Assembly: GCA_007135805.1 (NCBI GenBank)
Contig: SLID01000091.1
Coordinates: forward strand, 1-52,775
Reading direction: 5' to 3'
From: Candidatus Omnitrophota bacterium
GTDB lineage: Bacteria > Omnitrophota > Gorgyraeia > Tantalellales > Tantalellaceae
Length of the DNA: 52,775 bases
Below are positions 34,512-44,326 of the stretch, piece after piece. Below the pieces are notes generated by a model. That model saw nothing but the letters and a program-made list of their open reading frames with translations. It was not told the DNA's origin and did no database searches. The position numbers and the translations under genes are program-made. Position 1 is the first letter of the stretch; each line of letters opens with the position of its first letter.

Positions 34512-35141
34512 TTAGAGGGGCCTTTCCGGGTCATCCCGGCCGGTTTTCCCGCTATCAGCGCTTGAAGTCTCTTGTTTCACTTTCCCTTTGTTACACCCTC
34601 TCATCGCCTCTTCTATTCCCCCGGAAAGCCATTTTTCCAGACAAAATACCGCTTTTTGGAAAGTTTCCCCGGCCATCTCCCTCTCTTCCGGCAGGAAATC
34701 CGAAAGAACGTAACTTTTCATATCAAAAACGGGGGTCTCACCTCTCACGCCTACTCTGAGCCTGGCAAATTCGGTGCCGAAATGCTCTATTATGGACCTG
34801 AGGCCGTTATGTCCCCCGCTGGATCCTCGCTTCCTGAGGCGCACCATACCCAGCGGCAAAACAACATCATCGCATATAATAAGCAAACCTTCGATGCTAT
34901 CAAGGTAGCGGGAACATACAGCGTTCACCGCGTCTCCGGAAAGGTTCATATAAGTTTGGGGCTTGAAAAGCACCAGTTCCTCGCCGGCGGCTTTTCCTAC
35001 CCCATATACCCCCCCGAACCCCCTTCTTTTGAGACTTATGCCGTATTTTTCCGCAAGAGCGTCTACCACTTTAAACCCGGCATTGTGCCGCGTCCCGGAA
35101 TATTTCGAACCGGGATTGCCTAATCCTGCTATAACCTTCAT
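34512..35141 (-). CDS. pth: peptidyl-tRNA hydrolase
   Basis: MKVIAGLGNPGSKYSGTRHNAGF and GHNGLRSI. Confidence 0.95.
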   Translation of the reverse strand: MKVIAGLGNPGSKYSGTRHNAGFKVVDALAEKYGISLKRRGFGGVYGVGKAAGEELVLFKPQTYMNLSGDAVNAVCSRYLDSIEGLLIICDDVVLPLGMVRLRKRGSSGGHNGLRSIIEHFGTEFARLRVGVRGETPVFDMKSYVLSDFLPEEREMAGETFQKAVFCLEKWLSGGIEEAMRGCNKGKVKQETSSADSGKTGRDDPERPL

Positions 35142-35225
35142 TATCTGTGTAGGTGAGCCTTCTGCCGGTTTCCTGGTCAGCCGGTTTTTCGAATACCGGA
35201 CCAGCGGACATTCATGTGCCTGCCT

Positions 35226-35900
35226 TTACTCTTCTTCGGGTTTCTCGGACTCTTCTTCTTCCTCTTTTCCTTTCTTTATGACCTCGGGTTCCTCTCCCTC
35301 GCCTTCCTCTATCTCTTCCGGCTCTTCCTCCGCTTCCTGGACATGGACCGAAGCCACTACCTGATCATCATCGGAAAGAACGGTAACCCCTTCCGGGACC
35401 GTAAGATCCTTGACATGTATGGCATCACCGATGCGCAGCTCTTCTACATTGACATCGATATGCTCCGGGATGTCGGTGGGCAAACATTCCACTTCAAGCT
35501 CCCACATAGCCTGGGTAAATACCCCGTCTTCTTCGGCAACCCCTATAGCCTCGCCTTTGACCGTTATAGGCACATCAACTGTTATTTTTTCCAACAGCGA
35601 GATCTCGTGAAAATCCGCGTGTATCAAAGCGTCTGTCAGGGGGTCTACCTGAGTCTCTTTGACTATCACGGTCCTCGAATCAACCTTTGTTCCATCGGAA
35701 ATATCCAGGGTTATTATGGCGTTAGCCCCCGCTTCCGTATGGAGCGCTCTCATAAGGTCCTTGAGCCCGACCCGCACGCTTAAACCCACTTCCCCGTCTT
35801 TGTAAACAACTGCCGGCACCTGGCCTTGTTGACGGACATGCCTGGCCGCGCTTTTCCCGGTACCTTCCCTCAAGGACGCTTCAAGATTTATCTTTTCCAT
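35226..35900 (-). CDS. rplY: 50S ribosomal protein L25/general stress protein Ctc, acidic tail
   Basis: 224 aa. RQQGQVPAVVY and a two-domain Ctc layout, followed by a Glu-rich C-terminus. Confidence 0.9.
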   Translation of the reverse strand: MEKINLEASLREGTGKSAARHVRQQGQVPAVVYKDGEVGLSVRVGLKDLMRALHTEAGANAIITLDISDGTKVDSRTVIVKETQVDPLTDALIHADFHEISLLEKITVDVPITVKGEAIGVAEEDGVFTQAMWELEVECLPTDIPEHIDVNVEELRIGDAIHVKDLTVPEGVTVLSDDDQVVASVHVQEAEEEPEEIEEGEGEEPEVIKKGKEEEEESEKPEEE

Positions 35901-35952
35901 GTCTTATACACCTCTCTTTTTTTATGCCCATTCGCCCGGAAACCTCATCCTG

Positions 35953-36888
35953 TTATTCGAAAAGGGCACTTACAGATTCTTCATTGTGAATACGTTTTAT
36001 GGCTTCAGCGAACAGCGGCGCTACCGAAAGCCTTTTTATTTTATCGATATTCCTATCCTCGGACAGAAGGATCGTGTCCGCTACCACAAGCTCTTTCAGC
36101 TCAGACCCTTTGAGGCGTTTTATGGCGGGGCCGCATAGGACCGCGTGAGTTATGGCCCCGTAAACTTCTTTCGCGCCATTCCTCTTGAGAGCGCTTACCG
36201 CTTCCACCAGACTCCCGGCGGTGGCCACTATATCGTCCACTATTATAACGTTCTTGCCTTCGACTTCACCCATTATATGCATAACTTCGGCACTCTCATC
36301 ATCTATCCGTCTTTTGTCGACGATAGCCAGGCCCGCTCCCATCCTCTTGGCATAAGCCCTGGCCATCTTTATTCCACCGACGTCCGGAGACACGACAACA
36401 ATGTCTTCGATACCTTTATCCCTAAAATATTCATGGAACACCCTTACCGCGTAAAGATGGTCCATGGGAATGTCGAAAAACCCCTGGAGCTGTCCCGCGT
36501 GAAGATCAACGGTCAATATCCTGTCGGCCCCGGCCCTTCCCAGTAAATTCGCCACCAGCTTAGCTGTTATGGGTACCCTGGGCTGGTCTTTTCTGTCCTG
36601 CCTGGCGTATCCAAAATACGGCAGGACCGCGGTGATCCTTCTGGCCGAAGCTCTTTTTACGGCGTCCACCATGATCAGCAATTCCATTAAATGCTCGTTA
36701 GCCGGGAATGATGTTGCCTGAATGATAAAAACATCTTTTCCTCTAACATTTTGCTGTATCTTGACCTTGGTTTCTCCGTCCTTGAAACGGTCCACCGAGC
36801 ACTGCCCCATTGTCACACCCAGGTTTTCACAGATCTTTTCAGCAAGTCTGGGGTTCGCGTTCCCTGAAAAAATGGTGAGATGATTCAT
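35953..36888 (-). CDS. prs: ribose-phosphate pyrophosphokinase
   Basis: 311 aa. RQDRK and a VIIVDDIVATAGSL PRPP-binding loop. Confidence 0.95.
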   Translation of the reverse strand: MNHLTIFSGNANPRLAEKICENLGVTMGQCSVDRFKDGETKVKIQQNVRGKDVFIIQATSFPANEHLMELLIMVDAVKRASARRITAVLPYFGYARQDRKDQPRVPITAKLVANLLGRAGADRILTVDLHAGQLQGFFDIPMDHLYAVRVFHEYFRDKGIEDIVVVSPDVGGIKMARAYAKRMGAGLAIVDKRRIDDESAEVMHIMGEVEGKNVIIVDDIVATAGSLVEAVSALKRNGAKEVYGAITHAVLCGPAIKRLKGSELKELVVADTILLSEDRNIDKIKRLSVAPLFAEAIKRIHNEESVSALFE

Positions 36889-38147
36889 GTCGTTTTCCTT
36901 TTTTCGGTTATGTCTACCGCCGGAACCCCGGCCACTGTTCGTCCTTTGCCAACATCCCTGTTCTTTGTAACCACGCTGCCCGCCCCCACTACCGCCTTAG
37001 GGCCGATCACAACGGGAGCGATGAGCACCGATCCTACACCGAGAAAAGCTCCATCACCTATGAGCGTACGATATTTATTCTTTCCATCATAGTTAGCGGT
37101 CATGGTACCCGCGCCTATATTGACATCTCTTCCTGCCACAGTATCTCCCAGGTAGGAGTGATGCTTGACCCTTGTGTTATTACCCAGTTCGGACCTGCAT
37201 ATCTCAACAAAATTACCTACTTCAACGTTGTTCTTCAGCCGGGTTCCGGGCCTCAAGCGGGCGAAAGGCCCTATTCGGCACCCTTTACCTATCTTGACCT
37301 CTCCTTCTATGACCGTACCCGGGAAAATGATACTGTCCTTACCGACGCTGGCGGAATCATCTATGTACACAGAATCCGGATCAACTATGGTCACACCCGC
37401 TTCCATGAGTTCTTTCGCTTTCTTCCTGTAAACCATGGTATTTACCCTGGCCAGGTCTTCCCGTGAATTTACACCGATATGTTCACTGCTGTCACAACTT
37501 ACCGAGATCACTTTTTTGCCGTTCTTTTTCAGTATATCGACTATATCCGTGAGATAAAATTCTTTTTTCTTCTCATTCATCTCTATTTCTCTGATATACC
37601 GGGCAAGTTCGCCCTTTTTAAAACAATATGTCCCCACATTGATCTCTTTTATTTTTTTCTCTTCCGCCGAGAGATCCTTCTCTTCGGTTATACGGGCGAT
37701 CTCGCCTGCCTCACCTCTGACAATACGCCCGTACGAGGAAGGGTCATCCACGACAGAGGTCAACAGCACGCATGAAGCGTCTTCTTCCGCTTGGGCCTTT
37801 ATGATCTTCCGGTATGTAGCTTTAGTTATAAGAGGAGTGTCCCCGCAAGTAACCAGAACAGCGTTTTCCCTGTCTGTCATAAAATCAACGGCATGGGCCA
37901 GGGCATCTCCGCTACCCAGAAGTTCGGGCTGGCGTATAAATCTCATTTGCTCTCTGAAAAGACTTTCTATCATCTCGGCCTTGTAGCCTATTACAGCGAA
38001 TATGTCCTCGATTCCGGCGGATTTAAGGGAAGAGGTTATCCTCTCAAGCAGAGTCCGTGAAGCCACCATGTGCAGGACTTTCGGGATATCAGTTTTCATC
38101 CTTGTCCCCATGCCAGCCGCGAGTATGACTGCCGTTACGTCTTTCAT
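36885..38147 (-). CDS. glmU: bifunctional UDP-GlcNAc pyrophosphorylase/GlcN-1-P acetyltransferase
   Basis: AVILAAGMGTRMKTDIPKVLH N-terminus and left-handed beta-helix hexapeptide repeats in the C-terminal half. Confidence 0.9.
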   Translation of the reverse strand: MKDVTAVILAAGMGTRMKTDIPKVLHMVASRTLLERITSSLKSAGIEDIFAVIGYKAEMIESLFREQMRFIRQPELLGSGDALAHAVDFMTDRENAVLVTCGDTPLITKATYRKIIKAQAEEDASCVLLTSVVDDPSSYGRIVRGEAGEIARITEEKDLSAEEKKIKEINVGTYCFKKGELARYIREIEMNEKKKEFYLTDIVDILKKNGKKVISVSCDSSEHIGVNSREDLARVNTMVYRKKAKELMEAGVTIVDPDSVYIDDSASVGKDSIIFPGTVIEGEVKIGKGCRIGPFARLRPGTRLKNNVEVGNFVEICRSELGNNTRVKHHSYLGDTVAGRDVNIGAGTMTANYDGKNKYRTLIGDGAFLGVGSVLIAPVVIGPKAVVGAGSVVTKNRDVGKGRTVAGVPAVDITEKRKTT

Positions 38148-38219
38148 ATTTCTCCCTCGTTATCCTAAACGCTTTTTCAGGTCCCGCGGCTCCGCCGCGA
38201 AACAGGTATTCCTCTGAAG

Positions 38220-38293
38220 TGGCTGGCGGGCAAGGATTCGAACCTTGACAAGCAGCTCCAAAAGCTGCGGTGCTACCATTACACTACCCGCCA
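38220..38293 (-). tRNA. tRNA-Gln (anticodon UUG), CCA encoded
   Basis: Minus strand TGGCGGGTAGTGTAATGGTAGCACCGCAGCTTTTGGAGCTGCTTGTCAAGGTTCGAATCCTTGCCCGCCAGCCA. The anticodon loop is TTTTGGA. Confidence 0.85.
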
Positions 38294-38298
38294 CCCTT

Positions 38299-38850
38299 CT
38301 ACAGCTCAATATCTTTTTCCTTATCCAACACAAGTTTCTCTTCGGCGCTACCCGTTGAAGCGCCAAGAGGCATATCCGCTCCGCCGGGCTCGCGCGCGGA
38401 TACCTCTTCCCGCTCGGTCTCGGGACTGGACCCTTCCCCGGCACCCCTCGCCTCATCAGCTCCGCCACCGGATAAACCCTTTTCATACGCGTCTAATATT
38501 TCTTTCTGCATATAAACCCGGCATTCAGATGTTACAGGATGGGCAATGTCCATATAACCCGCCTGTCTTTCCGAACTGTCATACTCTTCCTGTTGATTAA
38601 AAGACTTCTCGGGCTGCGCGCTCCCGCACTGGTTGCAATATTTACTTCCCCGGGCGTTTTTGAACCCGCATTTGGAGCAGGGATCCATTACTTTTCGGGA
38701 CGGCATCGCGACAAAAAGGCCGCTCGTCCCCTGTATTATTTTTATGTTCCGCACCACAAACCAGTCATCGAATGTCACTGTGGCAAACGCCTTTAATTTG
38801 CCATCTCTGCTTCCCGAAGGGAATATCCTGACTTCCGTTATTTTCATCAA
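38299..38850 (-). CDS. spoVG: SpoVG-domain protein with C-terminal zinc-ribbon and acidic extension
   Basis: MKITEVRIFP...KLKAFATVTFDDWFVVRNIKIIQG...FVAMPSRK is a SpoVG core. It is followed by CSKCGFKNARGSKYCNQCG (CxxC-x10-CxxC) and an E/G/A-rich tail. Confidence 0.85.
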   Translation of the reverse strand: MMKITEVRIFPSGSRDGKLKAFATVTFDDWFVVRNIKIIQGTSGLFVAMPSRKVMDPCSKCGFKNARGSKYCNQCGSAQPEKSFNQQEEYDSSERQAGYMDIAHPVTSECRVYMQKEILDAYEKGLSGGGADEARGAGEGSSPETEREEVSAREPGGADMPLGASTGSAEEKLVLDKEKDIEL

Positions 38851-38887
38851 GCCGCTCCTTCACCTTTAGCTTACCCGGTCCTTAGGA

Positions 38888-39757
38888 TCAGACAGTGTAA
38901 GCAGCAAAAACTTTCCACCCTTCTTTCTCAGGAAAACGCTTTCTGGCTTCGCTCTCCGCCTCATCAATAAATTCAGCGTCAAAAATCCCGAATATCGTGG
39001 GGCCGCTTCCCGTCATAAGCGCTTTTTGCGCCCCAAGGCGTGTAAGAAAAGAAATGACATCTCCGAGAAAACGGTATTCTTGTAATGCTATCTGCTGTAA
39101 ATCGTTACGTAAATATCCCGTCAGAAATCCGGGATCTTTTTTTCCCAAAAATAAGGCCAGTATTCTATCCCAAGCATCATCCTTTGTCAAGGTGAAACCG
39201 GGGACCCTGTCATATATCATCTTTGTAGATACCTGTAAAGGCGGGTTGACTATCACATGGCCTAATTTGGGGCCCGTTTCTACTGTCCTTACGATGTCCC
39301 CTCTCCCTGTACCCAGTCCGAAACTAGCGCCAGTAAGAAAAAACGGCACATCGGCCCCCAGAGAACCACCTATCTCAAGAAGAGTGTCGCTGGAAAGCCG
39401 GTTTCCGGTGATCCGGTTAAGGCTGATGAGCAGAGAGGCCACGTCACTTGACCCTCCTCCCATTCCCGCTCCTATGGGAATGTTTTTCTCTATCCGTACA
39501 CTGAAATCGGCATTTATGCCCGAGGCGACCTTGAAAGATGATATAGTATCGAAAAGAAGACTTCCGGGTCCCGTGGGAATACCAGGGTCCGAGGTCTCTA
39601 TCGTGGTCCCGGCGGGCGATAATTCAACGGACATACGGTCATAAACCGAAACTCTTTCAAACAGTGTCTTTATTTCGTGATAACCGTCTTCCCTCTGGCC
39701 TTCAACCTCAAGATAAAGGTTGAGCTTGGCGGGCGCCATTATATCCATGTTGTCCAA
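38888..39757 (-). CDS. ispE: 4-diphosphocytidyl-2-C-methyl-D-erythritol kinase
   Basis: APAKLNLYLEV and IPIGAGMGGGSSDVAS (GHMP kinase motif). Confidence 0.9.
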   Translation of the reverse strand: MDNMDIMAPAKLNLYLEVEGQREDGYHEIKTLFERVSVYDRMSVELSPAGTTIETSDPGIPTGPGSLLFDTISSFKVASGINADFSVRIEKNIPIGAGMGGGSSDVASLLISLNRITGNRLSSDTLLEIGGSLGADVPFFLTGASFGLGTGRGDIVRTVETGPKLGHVIVNPPLQVSTKMIYDRVPGFTLTKDDAWDRILALFLGKKDPGFLTGYLRNDLQQIALQEYRFLGDVISFLTRLGAQKALMTGSGPTIFGIFDAEFIDEAESEARKRFPEKEGWKVFAAYTV

Positions 39758-39777
39758 CCCTGATAGAGTATCTGACG

Positions 39778-40728
39778 TTACTTTTTGCGTTTAACCAATA
39801 TTTCGGCTTGTTCAGCTATACATTCTTCGGTAAGACAAAAATGGGCATAAAGCTGTTCCGGGGAGCCGCTGATGCCGAACTTGTCATCTATTCCCATTAT
39901 CTTCATCGGTACGGGGCATTCCTGGACAAGCACCTCGGCCACGGCACTTCCGATACCACCGCATACGGTATGCTCTTCAACTGTCAAGACGGCCCCGGTT
40001 TTCGCGGCCGCGGAGACAAGTGTTTCCCTGTCTATGGGTTTCGGGGTATGGAGATTTATGATCTCAGCGCTGATACCTTTTTTTTCAAGATGTTGGGCCG
40101 CTTGTAAAGCGGTGTAAACCAGGTGTCCACAAGCCACAATTGTCAGATCTTTACCTTTTCTCTTAATAGAGGCTTTCCCTATCTTGAAATCATCACTTCC
40201 CTCAAGAAAATGAGCAGCCGCCCTGCCCAGGCGTAAGTAAACCGGGCCGGGGATGTCTACCGCCTGTTTTGTCGCCAGAAACGCTTCTGTGGCATCGGCC
40301 GGGACAACAACTGTCATATTCGGGATTATCCGCATTAGGGCTATTTCCTCAATTGCCTGATGCGTGGCCCCGTCCTCTCCCACAGATATCCCTCCGTGAG
40401 TACCGGCAATGTTAACATTGAGGTTCATGTACGCCACCGACACCCTTACCTGATCCCAGGCCCTTCCCGAAGCGAATGCCCCGAAAGTACAGGCGAACGG
40501 TATTTTACCCGTAAGGGCAAGTCCTGCCGCCGCGCTCATCATATCCTGCTCCGCTACCCCATGACTGACAAACCTGTCCGGATATTTTTCCTTGAACCAG
40601 TGTATCCGTACCGATTCAGTAAGGTCGGCCGATAACGCCACTACATCCTTGTTTTCCGCCCCGAGTTCCAAAAGCGCTTTCCCGAAACCGTCACGCGTAG
40701 ATTCCTTTTTAACCTTTGCCGCCTCCAT
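39778..40728 (-). CDS. transketolase, C-terminal (pyrimidine-binding) subunit
   Basis: 316 aa. RDGFGKALLELG, GVAEQDM, and GEDGATHQAIEEIA. Confidence 0.9.
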   Translation of the reverse strand: MEAAKVKKESTRDGFGKALLELGAENKDVVALSADLTESVRIHWFKEKYPDRFVSHGVAEQDMMSAAAGLALTGKIPFACTFGAFASGRAWDQVRVSVAYMNLNVNIAGTHGGISVGEDGATHQAIEEIALMRIIPNMTVVVPADATEAFLATKQAVDIPGPVYLRLGRAAAHFLEGSDDFKIGKASIKRKGKDLTIVACGHLVYTALQAAQHLEKKGISAEIINLHTPKPIDRETLVSAAAKTGAVLTVEEHTVCGGIGSAVAEVLVQECPVPMKIMGIDDKFGISGSPEQLYAHFCLTEECIAEQAEILVKRKK

Positions 40729-40769
40729 TTACCTTTCTCCTCTCTGCCCGCCGGGAAAGTCTCGGAACT

Positions 40770-41786
40770 TCAGAATCCGAAATATCCTCTGGGAGCCTGT
40801 ACTATTTCCTGCAGCGCTGTCCGTCTCGGATCGAACCCGTAAACATCGCTTCGGTCCACCCTGAGACGCACATCAGCTACCTGGTCGTTCATTACAATGA
40901 AGTCGAAATCCTCAAACCTGTACCCCTCGACAACCGTACTGGCTATCTCCAGGATCTTCCGTATTTTCTTTTCGCGGAGCTTCTCCGCGTCATCACCCAC
41001 TCCTCCTATCTGAAAATTTATAAGAAAATAGTTAGCGTCAAGTCCTTCGGTATAAGTTCCCTCCGACGAAGTATATGTAAAATCTCCCGCGAACGGTTCC
41101 TCGGACCGGAACTCTATCTTTATCCTGTTGGATATCTGTTCCGCAAGGAATTCCGGCATACCAACATCTTTAAGATAGAACCTGCCGCGCCAGTACCCGA
41201 TATCACTTATTCTGGTCGGGGGGCTTCTGAAAAATTCATCAAGCACTCTTTCTCTTGTCTCCGGGGCCAGGCCCATCCTTCCGAATATCTGTTCGACAGA
41301 CCTTTCTTTCTGAGCCTGTGGAGTAAGGTTCATGCTGAAAAGTGTGCGCTTGAACGCCTCGCCCCTCGATATATTCCTGTACATTGCCAGCTTGACATCA
41401 TTAACATGCTTAATTATTACTACCTGGACTTCGGGCATTTTCGCGTCCTGGGTTATCACACAATAAAACTGGATATCCGCGTCCGTACTCAGGACGACCC
41501 TTGAGGCGATCAGAATAAGACTGCTTATACTGTCCCAGGCCGCCTGGTTTATTCCCATATTGGCGTCCAGGAGACCCTGCATGGAATGGTAGATCCCCAT
41601 CGTTCCGCCTTCTATGATAACGTCAACTTCCTTACCATATTCGGCCCTGCAGACGGATTTGACGGCTTCAGGTAATTTTTCTTTCGGATAGGTGGGACCA
41701 CAGGAAATAGACATAAAAGCGAAAACCCCGGACAATACCACCGCCGGCACTATTCTTACCCAATCTGTCAGTAAGCTGCTTTTCAT
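40770..41786 (-). CDS. hypothetical lipoprotein
   Basis: 338 aa. The signal peptide ends in the lipobox-like FMSISCG. No recognisable domain. Confidence 0.55.
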   Translation of the reverse strand: MKSSLLTDWVRIVPAVVLSGVFAFMSISCGPTYPKEKLPEAVKSVCRAEYGKEVDVIIEGGTMGIYHSMQGLLDANMGINQAAWDSISSLILIASRVVLSTDADIQFYCVITQDAKMPEVQVVIIKHVNDVKLAMYRNISRGEAFKRTLFSMNLTPQAQKERSVEQIFGRMGLAPETRERVLDEFFRSPPTRISDIGYWRGRFYLKDVGMPEFLAEQISNRIKIEFRSEEPFAGDFTYTSSEGTYTEGLDANYFLINFQIGGVGDDAEKLREKKIRKILEIASTVVEGYRFEDFDFIVMNDQVADVRLRVDRSDVYGFDPRRTALQEIVQAPRGYFGF

Positions 41787-41797
41787 AGCGGTCTCCG

Positions 41798-43423
41798 TTA
41801 TGCCGTGTGTTCTTCTATTCCATATTCCCTGAATATAGCGATTATCTCATCGTACTCCAGTTCCTCTCGCTTGAGAAGTTCCCGAGCAAATCTGTGCAGT
41901 ATTTCCTCGTTCTCCTTGAGACTTTGATCAACCTTTTTCATGCAGGAGACCATGAGGTCGTTAGTATCCTTGTTAAGAGCCAGTTTTATATCTTCGGACA
42001 GCTCTTCTTTGGGTATGGCCGTAAAGTCTCCGATGTATCCGGTACTTCCCATGCCGAACATCCATACCATGGCATGCGCGAGGCGGGTAGCCTGTGAAAA
42101 ATCACTTTTGCCGCCACCCCCGACCCCTGTGGATGTGGTGCCGAACTTCAGCTTTTCGGCAACGTAACCTCCAAGGCATATCATGATCTCCGACAGTAGC
42201 TGCTCCCGGCTTTTCGAGTGCAGCTCTTCCCGCTCCGGGGACCAGACAACCCCCAGTGTGCCCCTTCTTGGGATGATACTGGCTTTGAACACCGTTTTGG
42301 AAGGCGCGTTCAAAAATGTCGTTATAAGATGTCCCGACTCGTGGTACGCCGTCATCTCTTTTTCTTTCGGGGTTACCGTCAACTTATACTTTATACCGAG
42401 ATCGACACGCTCGAACGCTTCACTTATTTCCTTAAGCCCCACCATCGGTTTTTTGACCCGGGTGGCTATAAGAGCAGACTCTTTAACTATATTGGCTATA
42501 TCGGCGGGAGTCTTACCTACCGCCCTTCTGGCCAGACGGCCAAGATCAAGATCGGGCTCTGTCTTGACCCTGTCGAGATAGAATTTGAACAGCTTTTCGC
42601 GGTCTTCCTGTGAAGGAGCTGTCACCATAAGCTTTCTGTCAAATCTTCCAGGACGCAGGAGAGCCTGATCCAAATGCTGTTCGTGCGCGTTGCTGGCTCC
42701 TATGACCACTATGTTCTCTTCTTTTCCTTTGAGACCGTCCATTTCAGCGAGAACCTGGTTTAGCGTACTGTTGGTTTCCTGCCCGCCCATAAAACTGAAG
42801 CTCCTGGATCTTCCTATGGCGTCTATCTCGTCTATGAACAGGATGCAACCCCCGAAGCCATAAGCCAGGAACCGGGCTTTTTTGAAGAGTTTCCTTACCC
42901 TTGAAGCTCCCACACCAACAAAGACTTCCACAAACTCACTTCCGGACATCGATATGAAAGGCATATCGGCCTCCGTGGCTATTGCCTTGGCCATATATGT
43001 CTTCCCGCATCCCGGGGGGCCTAACATAAGAAGCCCTTTTACGACACTGCCGCCCATCTTGGTTACATTAGCCCGGTCCCGGATGAGACTGACAACCTCC
43101 TTGGCTTCCTGTTTAGCGTCATCCATACCAACGACATCATCCCACGTTATTGAAACATCCCTGCCCTTTATAGGAGCTTTATCAAGTTTAGCGAAACCAC
43201 CCCTCATGAAAGTGAGGTACATAAAAACAAAAATACCGGCGTGAATACCCGCCATTATGAACTGTACCGGCATTGTGGCCAATGTCATCCGCCTGTAAAA
43301 AGATTCCAGTGACATAAGCCCTATCACGGCAAGCACAAGAAGCATGAACACCACAAAAGCGACGATCACCATCACTTTGTACTGTTTGAGATACATCAAG
43401 AATTTTCTTTTAGAAAGCGCCAT
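41798..43423 (-). CDS. FtsH-family AAA+ zinc metalloprotease lacking the usual periplasmic domain
   Basis: Two closely spaced N-terminal TM helices, Walker [10 protein letters not shown], Walker [23 protein letters not shown], and zinc site HESGH. Confidence 0.8.
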   Translation of the reverse strand: MALSKRKFLMYLKQYKVMVIVAFVVFMLLVLAVIGLMSLESFYRRMTLATMPVQFIMAGIHAGIFVFMYLTFMRGGFAKLDKAPIKGRDVSITWDDVVGMDDAKQEAKEVVSLIRDRANVTKMGGSVVKGLLMLGPPGCGKTYMAKAIATEADMPFISMSGSEFVEVFVGVGASRVRKLFKKARFLAYGFGGCILFIDEIDAIGRSRSFSFMGGQETNSTLNQVLAEMDGLKGKEENIVVIGASNAHEQHLDQALLRPGRFDRKLMVTAPSQEDREKLFKFYLDRVKTEPDLDLGRLARRAVGKTPADIANIVKESALIATRVKKPMVGLKEISEAFERVDLGIKYKLTVTPKEKEMTAYHESGHLITTFLNAPSKTVFKASIIPRRGTLGVVWSPEREELHSKSREQLLSEIMICLGGYVAEKLKFGTTSTGVGGGGKSDFSQATRLAHAMVWMFGMGSTGYIGDFTAIPKEELSEDIKLALNKDTNDLMVSCMKKVDQSLKENEEILHRFARELLKREELEYDEIIAIFREYGIEEHTA

Positions 43424-43449
43424 ATGCGAGTCTCCCCTGCTATTTGTTT

Positions 43450-44289
43450 TTAACTTATCTTTTTTTCAATAGCTGTGAGTTCTTCCAATGCTTTCTCCAG
43501 CTCTTCTTTCTTGGGAGCTATGCCATGCCATTCGGCCTTATTCTCAATGAACGACACTCCCTTTCCCTTGACCGTATGGGCTATTATTATCTGAGGCCTG
43601 TCTTTAACCTCGAGTGCCCTGTCAAACGCCCTGTCAAGGTCGGTTATATCATGTCCGTCCGCCTCCTCAACGTGCCAGCCGAAAGATTCCCATTTCTTCT
43701 TTATCTCTCCGGGATCTTTTACCTCACAAACAAAACCATCTATCTGCAGTTTGTTATAATCTATAATAGCACATAAATCGCGGAGTTTGTAGTGCGACGC
43801 GGTCATGGCGGCTTCCCATACCTGACCCTCGTTTGTCTCACCATCACCCATAAGGCAATATACCCGGGAACATCTTTTTTCCATCCTGTTGCCGATAGCG
43901 ATCCCTACGCTTATCGAAAGCCCCTGGCCAAGAGACCCACTGGATATTTCAAGCCCCGGCAGACCCCTTTGGGGATGCCCCTGCAGACGGCTTCCCATTT
44001 TACGCAAGGTCATAAGTTCTTCTTCCGGGAAAAAGCCGAGATCCGCAAGGACCGCATAGAGCGCGGGGCATCCATGACCTTTTGACAAAACAAACCAATC
44101 TCTGTCGGGGCATACGGACCGGGCAGGATCCAGGTTGATCCTGCCGTAATAAACCGAAAGCAATATTTCGACCATGGACAGGGATCCGCCCGTATGGCCG
44201 CTTCCGGCCTGTTGAAGCATACAAAGAACCTGTTTTCTTATTTTCACAGCCTTTTTTTTCAGCTCGATTATTTCCTGTCCATTCCTCAT
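43450..44289 (-). CDS. transketolase, N-terminal (TPP-binding) subunit
   Basis: 279 aa. GSGHTGGSLS, SKGH, GSLGQGLS, and GDGETNEG. Confidence 0.9.
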   Translation of the reverse strand: MRNGQEIIELKKKAVKIRKQVLCMLQQAGSGHTGGSLSMVEILLSVYYGRINLDPARSVCPDRDWFVLSKGHGCPALYAVLADLGFFPEEELMTLRKMGSRLQGHPQRGLPGLEISSGSLGQGLSISVGIAIGNRMEKRCSRVYCLMGDGETNEGQVWEAAMTASHYKLRDLCAIIDYNKLQIDGFVCEVKDPGEIKKKWESFGWHVEEADGHDITDLDRAFDRALEVKDRPQIIIAHTVKGKGVSFIENKAEWHGIAPKKEELEKALEELTAIEKKIS

Positions 44290-44326
44290 CTGACCCGCCC
44301 CACCCTTTCTCCGCGTATTGAAACTT

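Noticed and set aside
38160-38486. 108-aa minus-strand ORF spanning the glmU/spoVG gap.
   Set aside because: It runs straight through the tRNA-Gln gene (38220-38293) and into the spoVG 3' end, and its product is Arg/Pro-rich nonsense.
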